This document shows, one piece after another, positions 17,437 through 37,412 of a stretch of DNA of 64,000 bases; within the stretch, counting starts at the first letter, position 1; every line of letters starts with the position of its first letter. A program made the position numbers and the translations under genes. Where the stretch lies: NCBI GenBank assembly GCA_963693365.1, contig CAVNZM010000002.1, positions 1,054,001-1,118,000 on the forward strand. Direction: 5' to 3'. The DNA is from Amoebidium appalachense (Eukaryota; Protista; Ichthyosporea). The notes under the pieces were generated by a model. The model did not search any database and was not told the DNA's origin. It was given only the letters and a program-made list of their open reading frames with translations.

Positions 17437-18378
17437 CTAAAGTTTGACGTCAGTTTGACGTTGACACTGTGGACTGGTGAAAAATGTTTATCCACAGAAT
17501 ATCCACGACCTACCGAAAATTGGTTGGGTGCCGGAGTCAGGGGTATTGGGTGTATGTAGTACTGCAATTTCCCAAACCATATCACGCTGGGTTCTTTCTA
17601 CAAGCACTGGTGCCAGATTGTGTGTTACTAACTTTTTTTCTTCTTTGCCACCACTCGTATTACTCTCTGGGCACGTAAAAAGTTGTCCACACTCCCTGTT
17701 GCGGTAGCTCAGTTGCAACCCAAAACGGTTTCAAGGCGGCAACTTGCAAGTTGAATTTGATTACGATGGTGCAAAAACGCTTCGTGATTGGCTTCGTTGC
17801 TTCGCCATGAATGGGTGTAAGACAACTGTGCCCAATTAGAAATGGTCTGTGCACCTCAGAAATACTTGGCACCCTAGATCCCTGATGGTCATCATATGTC
17901 ACTGGCTGCATTTGATTGGCTGTGCTGGAAAACGCAGTAGGCCGTCGAATGTGGCTGGGCCTCCGGCAATGTCCACGCAATAAAAAGTGTGTAAACCCCC
18001 GGTCATCATAGCCGGCGGTTTTCGAGGGACCGTGCTCATGGAAGTTTCTCAAGTAGCAACTGTGATTATTTACAAATTCCCATCATAATCTATTGAGTAC
18101 TCTATTAACTCACAGCTCAATCTATCGAGAAGGTATTATAGTAATCTAATCGTGCCAGACATCCCCCAGTCACGGGCACCTTATGCAAAATCATGTGTAA
18201 GGCTGCTTGCGGGCTCATAACATGCCATGATGTAAAAAAACAATTATTTTTATAATGACTTTATTGATATGCTCAGCTGCAAAATAGAAGCCATCGAGAT
18301 ATCACCGATATTTCGGAGAAGAAAATACAAAAGCCCTCACTCTCGGATACGGAGGAGATAACGACTTAAATAATCATA

Positions 18379-18573
18379 CAAAAAAAAACTTTAGGGAATA
18401 GCCAAGGCATCCGATTCTTGACTACCCCGGTTGGAGTTAGCTTAGAGGGTCATTGCCATAGTTCTGCACCCAGGCGAGTCCCATCAGGGCATCCGACATG
18501 ATCTCCAATGCGCTACATCCCGGGATTCGAACCAGGTGCCTCCTGTGTCGGAGGCGATGTAAATTCACAGCGC
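18379..18573 (-). ncRNA. tRNA-related Pol III unit / SINE-like element
   Basis: The minus strand reads GCGCT...GCCTCC-GACACA-GGAGGC-ACCTGGTTCGAATCCCGGG-ATGTAGCGC (perfect B-box/T-loop, anticodon-like hairpin, paired ends), then ~120 nt and a T-run. No clear A-box or D-arm. Confidence 0.5.
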
Positions 18574-19307
18574 AAAAAGATTGTCGCGCATGGTTATAGC
18601 TATTCATTTAAAATAGCTCATCAAATGCTGAGTTATTATACACCAATTTCATTATAATTTATGTCTTAAAAGTATTTTGTGAAACAAATACAAAAATATA
18701 ACTAAGTTTCAATCACAGCTTCTTCCGCATGAATCCCGAGAAATTGGGAGGGGGGGTCCAACAGCGGAGTTTATGTTACAATCCTACTGAGCAGCGCGGT
18801 GGGCCGCGGCAGAAGCAGCCTGAGCAAGCCTATTTTAGGCCAACACTCAGCCCTGGCAGCCTTCTGTCACGAGAACTTCAACGAAGTAAGGGAGTTTTGT
18901 GTTTTGACGCCAGCAAGATACCTATGTATTACTACTTTCATGACTCAGTTGTGCCGCTTTCACTTCAACTTGTTTGTGTGTGTTTGTGTACGCTCAACCC
19001 TCTCTTCGCCGAGACTGCTATAGCTAGGAAGTTTGGAGAACTTTTTCAAGGGTTTGGCACCATCATATGAACAGCGTATCAAAACGTGACAACTTTGTCT
19101 CGCCTCAGACAGTTTTTTCAACCACAAACAAACTTTCGCCATTCAAGTTGAGCAGACAGCCTGTACAGTAGCACTGAGTCCGCCTAACAGGGACTCTGTC
19201 ATAGAAACATTTCTCGCCTTACTCCACCATCAATATTATGTAATTTCACCTTTTGCTTTGAGCAATCATTATGACATGAGTCGCCACACCACCCAAACCA
19301 CTCCACC

Positions 19308-20072
19308 ATGCGGTTCACAAACCTACTATTAAAGGCTACAGGCCTCACAGTACTTCTACCTTACACCATATGCAATGCACAAGAAAACACAAGATTCTGC
19401 CGAACAAACTACCAAAATGGAAAATCCGCGGGCCTACTCTGCCAGTTTGAGTGGAGATTCGTTGGGGATGGCGGTGTCATGATTACGAACATGCTTTCAG
19501 CCCCCGTTTCCTTTACATATTCAATCGCGACACATGTGAATTGCGAAACAGGTGAGCGCCTAGGTGGTTGGAACAAAGAAGTGTCACAACAACGAAGCAA
19601 CGTGCCTTTGGTTTCGTCATTTTCTTCTCTTTTTAGTTTTCCTTTGCCGAAGCAACCAGGACCACTGTGCACGTTGCTACTTCTAGAAGACTGCAAGTAT
19701 CCGGCGGGAGTAAGCACAGACTGTGGATATGTGCTCGACGTGCAGACCCAAGGTGCTGCTGCCGGGCCGTCGGGGGGCCAATTTTTGACGCCAAGTTTCG
19801 AAAACACAAAATATCCATCTATCACACCACGACGCACTATCAATGCTGTGCCAGCAGGCAGGCAACAAATACCCATAACGGCAGAAGAGAATGCATCTAC
19901 TTTTACCATGCAAGCCCGGTCGGCTAACGACGAGAGAATAGCTTCGCAGCCGGAGCACATTGCCAGCGAGTTGGAACAGGGGAAGGAGGGGAGGTCAGCC
20001 GGAGACAGGGTGGGTGTCTCGGCCCTAAGCACTCTGTTTAGTCTGTATGCTGCCCATCTAATTGTGATGTAG
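19308..20072 (+). CDS. Intronless secreted, putatively GPI-anchored Cys-containing protein (254 aa), function unknown
   Basis: ATG-initiated ORF in non-repetitive DNA. Signal-peptide-like N-terminus, several Cys, low-complexity linker, then small residues (SAG) and a hydrophobic C-terminal tail VGVSALSTLFSLYAAHLIVM. Confidence 0.7.
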   Translation: MRFTNLLLKATGLTVLLPYTICNAQENTRFCRTNYQNGKSAGLLCQFEWRFVGDGGVMITNMLSAPVSFTYSIATHVNCETGERLGGWNKEVSQQRSNVPLVSSFSSLFSFPLPKQPGPLCTLLLLEDCKYPAGVSTDCGYVLDVQTQGAAAGPSGGQFLTPSFENTKYPSITPRRTINAVPAGRQQIPITAEENASTFTMQARSANDERIASQPEHIASELEQGKEGRSAGDRVGVSALSTLFSLYAAHLIVM

Positions 20073-21133
20073 TTGTGATGTCGCTGGCTGTTTACTGCCA
20101 TGTTTTCCGAATGACCTGTGTGATGTGCTTGCTTTTTTGTTGGAGTGGTTTTTTGTTCTCTAAGTAAGGTATGCTTTTTACATAGGCTACTTGTAACTCT
20201 CTTCGTAAAGTAACCTTATTTAAAGTTACTTGTGGTCCTCTCAGCTAGCCTACGGTAAGTTATAATTGTTAACGATTACTTGTGACGTACAAAAGATTCA
20301 GGCTGCAATTCATAGCACATACCTATACCAAGGAACAACTACGACTGGTTGCCAATATTAACTGCATGTTGACCCATAGTTAGCAACGGTGTAAGTGAAA
20401 CGCCTGTGAATCCAGAGGATAGTTTGCATAAACACGTTCTTGTTAAAGCCATCGTAACCTTACAATCCTCTGCCCAATTATTACGATCATCATCTCACGT
20501 TGATGCAACGGTATGCCATACTAATTATTCTTCGAGACACGGTCTCTGAACCCCTGTTTATGAATGGTGTCCCAAGGGTTTTCCGCTATGTAGTATATGT
20601 CTACGTAGACGCCAATTGTGAATATGCCCCTGAAATGCTAGAAGGAAAAAAATGCACAGCGTAGCAATAAGGAAGTATACATATATTTTATGGAGACACA
20701 GTTAGCTGGTGGCCTTGGACTTATATCATGGTTTTAACTAAATAAACAACTAATTACCTTACCAAGAGCAGACTTTGGATGTGCAACGGTGACAGGAAAA
20801 AAAAGTTGTACCTGTTACTTCCTTCTCGGAGACTCTCCAGAAGTCTTTATTAACTTTATCTAAATTTGTAGAGGCACTCTTTCTTTATTTTTCATTAAGC
20901 AAGCAGGCCTTTCGTTTGTTTTCAAATCATGAAACATGCGGGCAAGCAGCCGCATTACTGTTGAGTTCCAGGTCACGAATGGGAAATTAAAGTGGGCTTT
21001 TAGGCCCAAAAGGCCATGAGCAATGAGAGAGTCTACACTAGCAGGCTATGAAACACTTGCACTCTAGACCAAACATCGGTTTCTGTTGGCAACTAGATGC
21101 ATCTTCAAGGGCGCATGCACACACACACTGCAT

Positions 21134-21164
<31 letters not shown>

Positions 21165-21296
21165 CACATACACACACACACACACAAACACACACGTGCA
21201 CCCACACACGCACACACGCGCATGCGCGCGCGCACACGAACACGCACACGCACACGCACACGCACACATACAAATACATACACACAAACACACGCA

Positions 21297-21327
<31 letters not shown>

Positions 21328-22174
21328 TAGGCACTTGTTTTTGGATAATATATTATATAACAACACTTGCATGTAGCGTGACACAAGCACACGGACTACC
21401 ACTCAGGCCCTGAACTACTGCAGTTGTGCACACGTCTCCTCAAAAACAGCTGGTTGTTATCTAACGTTAACGCGGAGAACACGTGCACAGCAGCGAAAAG
21501 AAAAATGAAAAGAAAGGGGGGCCCCGGCCGGGAGGGGGGGAACTGGGGAGGACACAGGGGCCCGGCGGGGTACGGTGGGTGGCCCGGGGGGCCCCGGCCC
21601 CGCGACCAGGCCCTCGGAGGCCTCTCAGACAAGGCCTCCTAAAGGTGTGCTATTTAGGAGGCCTTGCTCTCAGATGATGCAAATATGGGACTCGGGGGTA
21701 GGAAGGGCGGTATCTTGTAGCAGGATCGTGTTCGTGTCTGGTAGGCGCACACATTGCACTGATTTCGTGTCCATACGCAAGATCCACACACGTGCGTAGC
21801 GAGCAAGCGGCGGTGTTTACTTTGTACTTTACAGTGTGCTTGCAGATGTAGTGATGTTGATTTTGTGTGGCAGGATGAACGGATAAATGGTGCATATGCG
21901 AGCATACTGCATATCTAATACTTGCACAGCGTGTTAAGGTGTAAGGTTGGATTTGCTTTTGGAAAGAACGCTTAAATTTGCTGTTGTCAACAGCAATCTA
22001 CTAATGAATTGCTGGCCCTGCAACGTGCAGTTCAAGTTCACTCACGACCCACGTTAATACTATCTTTTCTAGAACATAACGCAAAAACACTGGATTATCG
22101 CGTGTAAATTATCATCAATAGGGGCACCATCTTTACGGGGCGTTTCCTTTTATGGGTGGATATACAATTTCAAG

Positions 22175-29194
<7,020 letters not shown>

Positions 29195-29265
29195 GAACGG
29201 TGGGTTTACAACTCGTTCTTCGTTTGTTTCTTCCTTTTTTTTTTCTTGGTTTTTTTTTTTTTTTT

Positions 29266-29296
<31 letters not shown>

Positions 29297-29978
29297 GGTT
29301 GCCTGTTGGTTTTGTTTCACTTTGTTTTCAGGACTTTTTCCCTTTCTCGTTTGCTTTTGTCCGTGTAGAAAGCATGAAAACAATGTCAAATCGATCGAAT
29401 ATCGAATATGATTGATGGCTGCCGCTGGCAATTCTGATAGAAGTCGAAAGTGTTCGTCGAACATGGCACGTGTTTCATATTTATCTTTGTTTTATCCCCA
29501 GTGGCCTCTCTAAACGACCAATACCTGGGCCTGCTAGAAGCACACATCGATGGGTAAACAATAGTGTTTGTGTACTAGTGTCCTTTAGGCTACAGATATT
29601 TTGGCGGAGAGGCAAAGGTTCTTATTGAGGCGATATGTGCACTAGTAATCATTAGATAAGTCCGGCCATCGATTAGGATTGGGCACGTGACAGGGCAATG
29701 TGGTTTTTGTTTGTGACCATGTATGCATGTATCGCAGGACATTTATTCCTGTGGCCTTGGGAACCTAGACCGTGGGGGGGAGGGGAGGGGGGGGGGGGGG
29801 GGGGGGGATTATTGTCGCCCTGAATTGTGTTAAGGGCGGGCACATTGGATGTCACGAATGAAATGGAAGGTTTAGCAACTGCCATGTGCATCAGGTGTAG
29901 GCAATGATTGCTGGGCCGAAGGACAAAGGAATGAACTCATGAAATATTCACCAAAATCTCGTCTCAAAGAGTCTCTCT

Positions 29979-30011
<33 letters not shown>

Positions 30012-30050
30012 AAACCACACACACACACACATACACACACACACACATGT

Positions 30051-30089
<39 letters not shown>

Positions 30090-30200
30090 ACCACCACCAC
30101 CACCACCGGCCACCACAAAAAAAAAAAGAAAAGAAAATATAATTTACAAAATTTTAAACCCCGAAGACTTAATATAGTGTCACTGTGTGTGTGTGCGACT

Positions 30201-30339
30201 TAGAAAGTAAACCCTGATATATAGTCATCACCCGACATCTATGTACGTGATCATGATATACCGCTGAGGGGATATTCCGAGCAAAAACCCCCCATACCTG
30301 AGACTGGTCTCTCTTTGCCTCGAGTAAACAGTGTAAACC

Positions 30340-30341
<2 letters not shown>
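30201..30341. repeat. ~140-bp dispersed repeat, copy 2
   Basis: Matches 11927-12070; here flanked on both sides by TG repeats. Confidence 0.9.
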
Positions 30342-30386
<45 letters not shown>

Positions 30387-30392
30387 TTTTGT

Positions 30393-30441
<49 letters not shown>

Positions 30442-30681
30442 GTGACTGTCACATTCATGTGTGTACACATGTGATTGTGTCTACTACATGTGCGTGCACA
30501 CCTTCTCTTGAGGGGTTTCTCATATAGGGAAAGTGCACATTTCTTAATATTAATGTGACCGTGCTCGGAGCCTACTACACAAGCACCCGTAGACGTCTCT
30601 GAGTGGCGTGACACGCGAAATCACGCACATGTGGAGCCTCGGGCGCGGAGAGCGAGAGAACGGGGAGGAGGAAACACATCC

Positions 30682-30721
<40 letters not shown>

Positions 30722-31260
30722 ACCCACCCCACCCACCCACCCACATCTCCCTTCCCCCTTCCCCCCTTCCCCCCTTCCCCCTCTTATCCCCTCCTCCCCT
30801 TCCCCCCATCCCCTCCCCCTCCCCCTCCGTCCCTTCATCCCTCCCTCACCTACCCCAGCGTCCTCCCCCCTTCCTCGGCTCCGGCCTCCAAACCCTCATC
30901 CCACCGTGAGCCAAAATCTCGCCTCTACCTGCCTCAACCTTTGTGGAACCACCACGTAGCCATATGCCTCAAGCAGGTTCGCCAAATATCATGGCGCTAA
31001 CTAATTGTTCAGTATATCACACGGGGCCCTTTAGCCTCCCCCCACACCCTCCCCTCCCCCTTCCCCCTTCGCTGTTCACTTTACCGGTATACCCTTGCAG
31101 TGGGATGTTGCACCTTTCACGTGGTCAGTCCACCCCGACATACCTTGGGGCGTAAACAGTTATGTACTTGAACGCTCTTTGATTTTTTGCGGTGCGCTCC
31201 ACACATCATGTGCCTTTTCTCGCTGAAAATTTAACGCTGATTATAACGGTACTGTGCGAA

Positions 31261-31796
31261 GTGTACGGCGACTTCCCTTACTACAAGAGTGGCATCTACC
31301 TACACTACAACGAAACAGTGCTGGGTGGGCATGCCGTTAAGGCTGTGGGGTGGGGCCTGGACGCAGTTACCAAAAAGGGCTACTGGATTGTGGCCAACAG
31401 CTGGAACACCACATGGGGCGAACAGGTGAGCTTCATGTCCTAAATATGTTGGCTGAAATCTCACCCCATCAAGATTTAACTATCCTCTACTAGCTTGAAA
31501 CGAGGCACTCTCATAAGGTCATGTATGCCGTCAGGCTGATCATGTTTCAGTAGCCCATTTGTTAGCAACTTCTAGAAAAATGCTCCCCCGTCCCCCCCAT
31601 GCCCCCCTCCCCCCTCCCCCCCTCCCCCCCCCCTCCCCCTTCCCTCCCTCCCTCCCCCCCCCCCCCCCCCCCCCTCCCCCCTTCCCCTACATCCCGCCCT
31701 CTCCCTCCCCCCTTACCCCCCTTCCCCACCCCCTCCCCTCCTCCCCCCTCCCCCCACCCCCCCCTTTCCGTACATGCTCCCCCTTCCCTCCCCCTC

Positions 31797-31830
<34 letters not shown>

Positions 31831-32383
31831 CCTTTCCTTTTTCCCCCTCCCCCCTCCCCTCCCTCCCCCCTCCCCCTCCCCCTTCCCCCCTTTCCCCTAC
31901 ATGCCCTCCCCTCCCTCCCCCCCCCTCTCTGCCCACCTCCCAGCCTCTGGTTTACCTCTCATTCTCCTTTTGCTCAAGTTAACAGATCTCTTCTTTATCC
32001 TCAATATGAGATCAACACATCCATAGATCAGCACAAGCAACTAAACCTCCCCCCCCCTCCCCCCCCCCCCCCCCCCCCCCCCCGGGCGGTGTTTTCTTAA
32101 CCTCCACAACCACCGCCATCATCCTCATTCCTTGGTGCTCTTGTGCAGGACACACCATCCAAACGTCCACTGAAAGTGACAATATCGCTGAAAAATCATT
32201 GAAATGATTGAAATTGAAACACTTGCGATGCTGATGTCTGACGGGCGCGGTTTGGCAATTTCAAAGGGTCTGTGTATGTTTTTAGGCTGACACAATAAGC
32301 TACTTTCCCAGGGCTACTTCAACATCTTCTGGAATGAAGGCAGCGGCCTTGAGGATGACGTCACTGCCGCCCGGCCTTTGTAA
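31261..32383 (+). pseudogene. Cathepsin B-like (papain C1A) protease, C-terminal two exons only (~31261-31425, 32312-32383)
   Basis: VYGDFPYYKSGIY...GGHAVKAVGWG...YWIVANSWNTTWGEQ|GYFNI...GLEDDVTAARPL* contains the catalytic His and Asn. No exon with the catalytic Cys (QxxCGSCW) was found upstream. Family call is strong; pseudogene status is uncertain. Confidence 0.7.
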
Positions 32384-32455
32384 TTGCCTTATTTGCGCAT
32401 TAGTGCATCATAATTGCCTTATTTGGGCATTCGTGCGTCATTACTGCCTCATTTA
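32381..32455. repeat. 30-bp tandem repeat x2.5
   Basis: TAATTGCCTTATTTG(C/G)GCATT(A/C)GTGC(A/G)TCA units start at the cathepsin stop codon. Confidence 0.8.
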
Positions 32456-32813
32456 GTGTGTGTAAGGTACTTTGCTTTGAGCCTGAATTGCTAGGAGCTC
32501 ATATCACAATGATTTTGCCACGATCAATAGGACCAGAACAAAGGTGTTTTAATAAGTTGATTATTGGATGGATGATGGTTTTGCTCTTCCTACCAGTGAC
32601 TGTCGGTATGTGATTTTGATATTGGTTTTAGGTGCTGAGCGACAACTAAACCTGTGCATTTGAGCATGTGGTTAACAAGAACCACACTTTGGATCACCCA
32701 AAAGTGAGAAGAAAGCGAAGCACAAAAAAGGGAAATTGCTCACAGCCATGATCAAGCCTGCATGCAGTGTGTGTTTGTGCCGCGGGCGAGCCATGTGTTT
32801 TTTGCGCGCGCGC

Positions 32814-32852
<39 letters not shown>

Positions 32853-32860
32853 TGTTTTTA

Positions 32861-32938
<78 letters not shown>

Positions 32939-33410
32939 TTCCTGTGTTCGGTGGGGTGCGTATACTCGTGCATTTATGTGCGCACGTGCGTGAGAGTGTG
33001 TGCGAGCGAGCATGTCACATATATGCATGTGCGCATATGTTCATGTGTGCGCGTGCATGTGTGCATGCGCGTGTGTGCATGCGCGTATACGAGCGCGTGC
33101 GTGCATGAATGTATGCGTGCATGCGAGCATGTGCGCCAGGGTGAGAGCGCTTGCTTGTGTATGACTTCTCAGGTGGTGTCGTTTTTCTTTTCTTTCTTCT
33201 GCAAAAAGCAGAAGGGACGGGGTGGACTGTGGTGGTGGTGGCGTGTGTGTGTCTGTGTCTGTGTGTGTGTGGGGGGGAGGGGTAAGGGGGGGATTGAATC
33301 ATTGTACCCACATTTGTACCATCGATATGTCGTAATCGTTGATCATACACCCTGGCGTGGCAGCATGTGGATCTAGAGTATAAATATAGAAACCACATCG
33401 ATAGTTTTGT

Positions 33411-33449
<39 letters not shown>

Positions 33450-33729
33450 AGCTATCCATGTTAGAGTCTATGTGTACCAATATGGTACAAACTTTTTCAT
33501 TACATCCTTGTTATGATCACGGAGTTATATAAGCCACTTCTTAAACGTATGTCGGCCCCTGCGGCACTGCTGCAGGGGTCTGTCAGGTGCACGTGCAAGG
33601 TATTGCACATGTGGTGATACGGTTTTTGGATCTTTGACATATCTGTGACTAGGAGGGCAGGTGGTCTGTGTGTGTATGTGTGTGTGTGGGAGGGGGGGGG
33701 GGGGGGGAGGGGGGGAGGAGGGAGGTCGG

Positions 33730-33765
<36 letters not shown>

Positions 33766-34153
33766 TTTTCACTTACGTTTTCCGAAGGCCTTTGGCGGTG
33801 TCTGTTTTCAACTTGCTCTCTAAAAAGTTTCCTTTCACCCCTGAGTGACCTTTTGTCCAGTGTGTACGTGTGTGCAGGTGTTGTGTCTGTCAATATATAT
33901 GTATGCCTGTCCGTCTGTCCCTCTTTCTTTCCCTTTCTCCAGGCTCCCCCCCGAACCCTCCCTCCCCCCTTCACATACCATACACAAACACAGTAACACA
34001 CATACACACACACACACAAGTGCGCGCGTGCCCACGCGCACGGTCACACACACTGGCTCAAACACAAACACACATTCTCTCTCTTTCCCCCTCCCTCTCC
34101 CCCCCCCCCCCCCCCCCCCCCCCCCTCCCCTCTCTCTGAGGCCTCTCCCTCTC

Positions 34154-34196
<43 letters not shown>

Positions 34197-34402
34197 CTGT
34201 GTGTGTGTGTATCACGTGTGCGCCCCTGTGCCTCCCCCTCCTCCGTACTCCCCCACCTCAAAAAAATAAAAATAAAAATAAAAATAAGAAGTAAAAAAAG
34301 AAAATCGCGTATGCTAGAGGAAGAAAACCAAGAAAAAGGAAATAGAGGGAAAGGAAAAAGAAAAGTTTAAGGAGAAGAAGGTGGAATGGCACGGAAGATG
34401 CA

Positions 34403-34477
<75 letters not shown>

Positions 34478-34561
34478 CGTGCGTGTGAGTGTGCGACGTG
34501 TGCGTGTGCGCGCGCATGTGTGGGAGGGGGGTGGGGGGTGGTGGAAGGAAGCTTCGGGGAA

Positions 34562-34592
<31 letters not shown>

Positions 34593-35602
34593 CTTTACTT
34601 AGTAATTGCATGGCCGATGCATTGTGAATAAATTGTGTATTTTCGAGCACATGCAACAGCACTTGAGTGTTTGATTGGGGGTGGTTTTGGGTGTGTGTGG
34701 GCATGCAACGATTTCGGTCAAGAGTATCCCCAGGGATGAAGGGGCCTGCGGGGGGAGGGGGAAAGGGGAGGGGGGGGGGGGGGGGATTCTTGTAACGTTG
34801 ATTGCAGAGTGCCACATTCCTTTATTTTATCATCACAGTTTGAGGCGTATGTCTAATTTGTCAAGTCTGGCCAGTGAATATTATTCTTCAACGATTTAGA
34901 GTTGCTAGTACTAGTGTAAACCTAGTTCTAACAAGGATGTGTAAAGAATACGAACGGGGCAATATTCTAGTCGAAATGTGCCAAGTAAAGACATCGCTGT
35001 TTAATTACACGCACCTAGGCTGTAGATGAATGCTCATACATATGTAGACCATTTTAGTATCTATATCGTAAGTATGCTACACGGACAAAGGTCAAAATGT
35101 CGAGACACAAGAGCTAATGACAACCAATCGGAGACGAGTTCAAATAGTAATGAAACTTACATACAACGGGAAAAGCCGCAAAAATACCGTCTCAAGTTGC
35201 TGGAATCACATAAAATCACGCAAATGAGAAAAAGAGCAGAAGAGATCGAAATTTAGACTTCCCACATAAGAGTATAACGAAATCATTCCTATTCGAAACT
35301 CCAGCATCATGATATCAAATCCATGTTAGGCATGATGGATACTAATATTTTTAGCAAAACCACATGCAGCTATTTTTCGGAAGCACACCATACATTACCA
35401 TATTTGGAAATATGGCTACAATTAAGAAATTTACGCAACAGAATGACACCAATTCCACGTTGAAGTGTGGCACCAGCGAAACACTACGCCATCACATCAG
35501 CCTACCTTAAGAATATATACTATTCCTGGCCCATCACATCACATCACCGACTACCCTCCTTTGTCATTCAATAACTACAATATATAGAAAGCAATGCCAT
35601 CT

Positions 35603-36544
35603 TTAGATATGGCGGAACTTCCTGTTCCATATCCACTTGTTAGCAATCAGTTTCTCCCCCTCCAACACCCTGCACCCCGTATGCAGAGAGTACTCATTCA
35701 CCACCCCACTGGGCCTCAGGGAATAGAAAAGCACCGCCTGCCCTTTTACCGCTTTTGCCATTGGTCCGTACGTGCACATCCCTGGGGGTGTTGCTCTAAA
35801 CGCATGATGCACAAACAGCTGAAGGAGAGAAGAAGAAAACCACGTCTCACCCCCCTTCTTCACATCTGTCATGTACCACAGCACCGTCGCCATCCTATTC
35901 CCGTACCCGTAATACAATCGCTCATCCCACCGATCTTTCTTGATCAACTCCGGGTCCCACGCGTCGATTACGTGATAATCGTGGTGTGCATGCAGTCTTT
36001 GCCCTTCTTGGTATCTCACCACCTGTGTGTGTTCTTGGTTGTGTTTTGGCAGCCGCGAAACCCCCTCCACCCTCAGATCAATCTTTTTCACCAAATCATC
36101 TTCATCCACTAACCACGTGTGTGTGCACGTGCGCGCAGACCATACGCCCTCCTCGCTACCCATCCTCACTTTCCCGTTGTCCAAAACGGTGCTCGGTTTC
36201 AGGTCCTTCATTGCACGATTGACGATGGCGTCCGCTTCTTCTGGGAGCAAAAAGCGATCTAAATTTAGCACCAGCGGCTCCATGCTGATGGTCGTTAAAG
36301 TAACAGTGCCAATGTCTACCTCTACCGTCCGCTTAAAGCCAACGTGCACACCCGGCCACATGAACTGGCCTCCTTCGTAAAGAAGAACCACCGCTACCTC
36401 TTGCATATGCGCGGGGGTCGAGATTATGGTTCCGTTCGGGGTGAAGAATTTCCATGGCTCTTGGTTTTCAATCGCCTCGGGGGTTTTGGGTTTCCGGTCG
36501 ATGATCTGTGGAAAGATTGGCCGTTTAGGTGGAAAAACGAAAAG

Positions 36545-36623
<79 letters not shown>

Positions 36624-37381
36624 AGTGTGTGTATGTGGGGAGGGGGGCGGAGGGCCTGAGGTAGAGGAGACGAGAGAGGGAGCTTGGGGGAGGGGGGAGG
36701 GGGGGGGGGGGGGGGGGAGGGCTTTGTGGGGGGGAGGGAGAAACCGTGGATAAGAAGCAAACAATTTGGAAGGCAAAGATAGTGTACACACGCACACGTG
36801 TGTGTGTGTGTGTGTGTGTGTCTGTGCAGGTGGGGGCAACGTGCAGTGTTTGAGTGCAATGCTGAGGGGCAACAAGAATTCGTTACATGTAAGTGAGTGC
36901 GGGCCAGAGAGTGTGTGGCACGTTTAAGCCGAGATCCAGGAACATCGGAAGTGAACCATGTGTATGGTCGTGAAAGGAAAGGTGTGGGACTGCGTTGGTG
37001 GCTGACACGCAAAGGGGCCACTCAGGACCCATATCATATTGCAAATAGTTTGTTGACAGGGCAGGTGGGTGGTGGGTAAAGGGGGAAGGGGCGTTGATGG
37101 GGGGGGGGGGAGGGGGGGAGGGGGGGGGGGAGGCTGCAAGGGGTAGGGAGTGGATGGGGAAGGTGGAGAGGGTGGGAGAGAGAGGGGAGGGGGGGGGGGG
37201 GGGGTGGGGAAGCTTTGAAAGGGTGACAGACTTGTGTGTGTGAGAGGCAGAGAATCAGAGAGGGTAGAGAGATAGAGGGAGAAGAGGGAGAAGGAGAGGG
37301 AGTGGCGGAGGGAGGGAGTGAGGGCGTAGGGAGAGGGGGGGGGGGGGGGGGGAGAGAGAGAGAGAGCGGAAAGAGAAAGAT

Positions 37382-37412
<31 letters not shown>

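Noticed and set aside
17660-18052. 130-aa minus-strand ORF in unique sequence
   Set aside because: Non-ATG start, no recognisable motif or splice context.
18510-18573. Canonical tRNA gene
   Set aside because: B-box present but no D-arm or A-box, and the anticodon-like loop is 6 nt; kept only as a tRNA-related element.
21515-21640. Very GC-rich, T-poor patch upstream of RCL1
   Set aside because: No repeat or coding structure; may be low-quality sequence or a generic G-rich tract.
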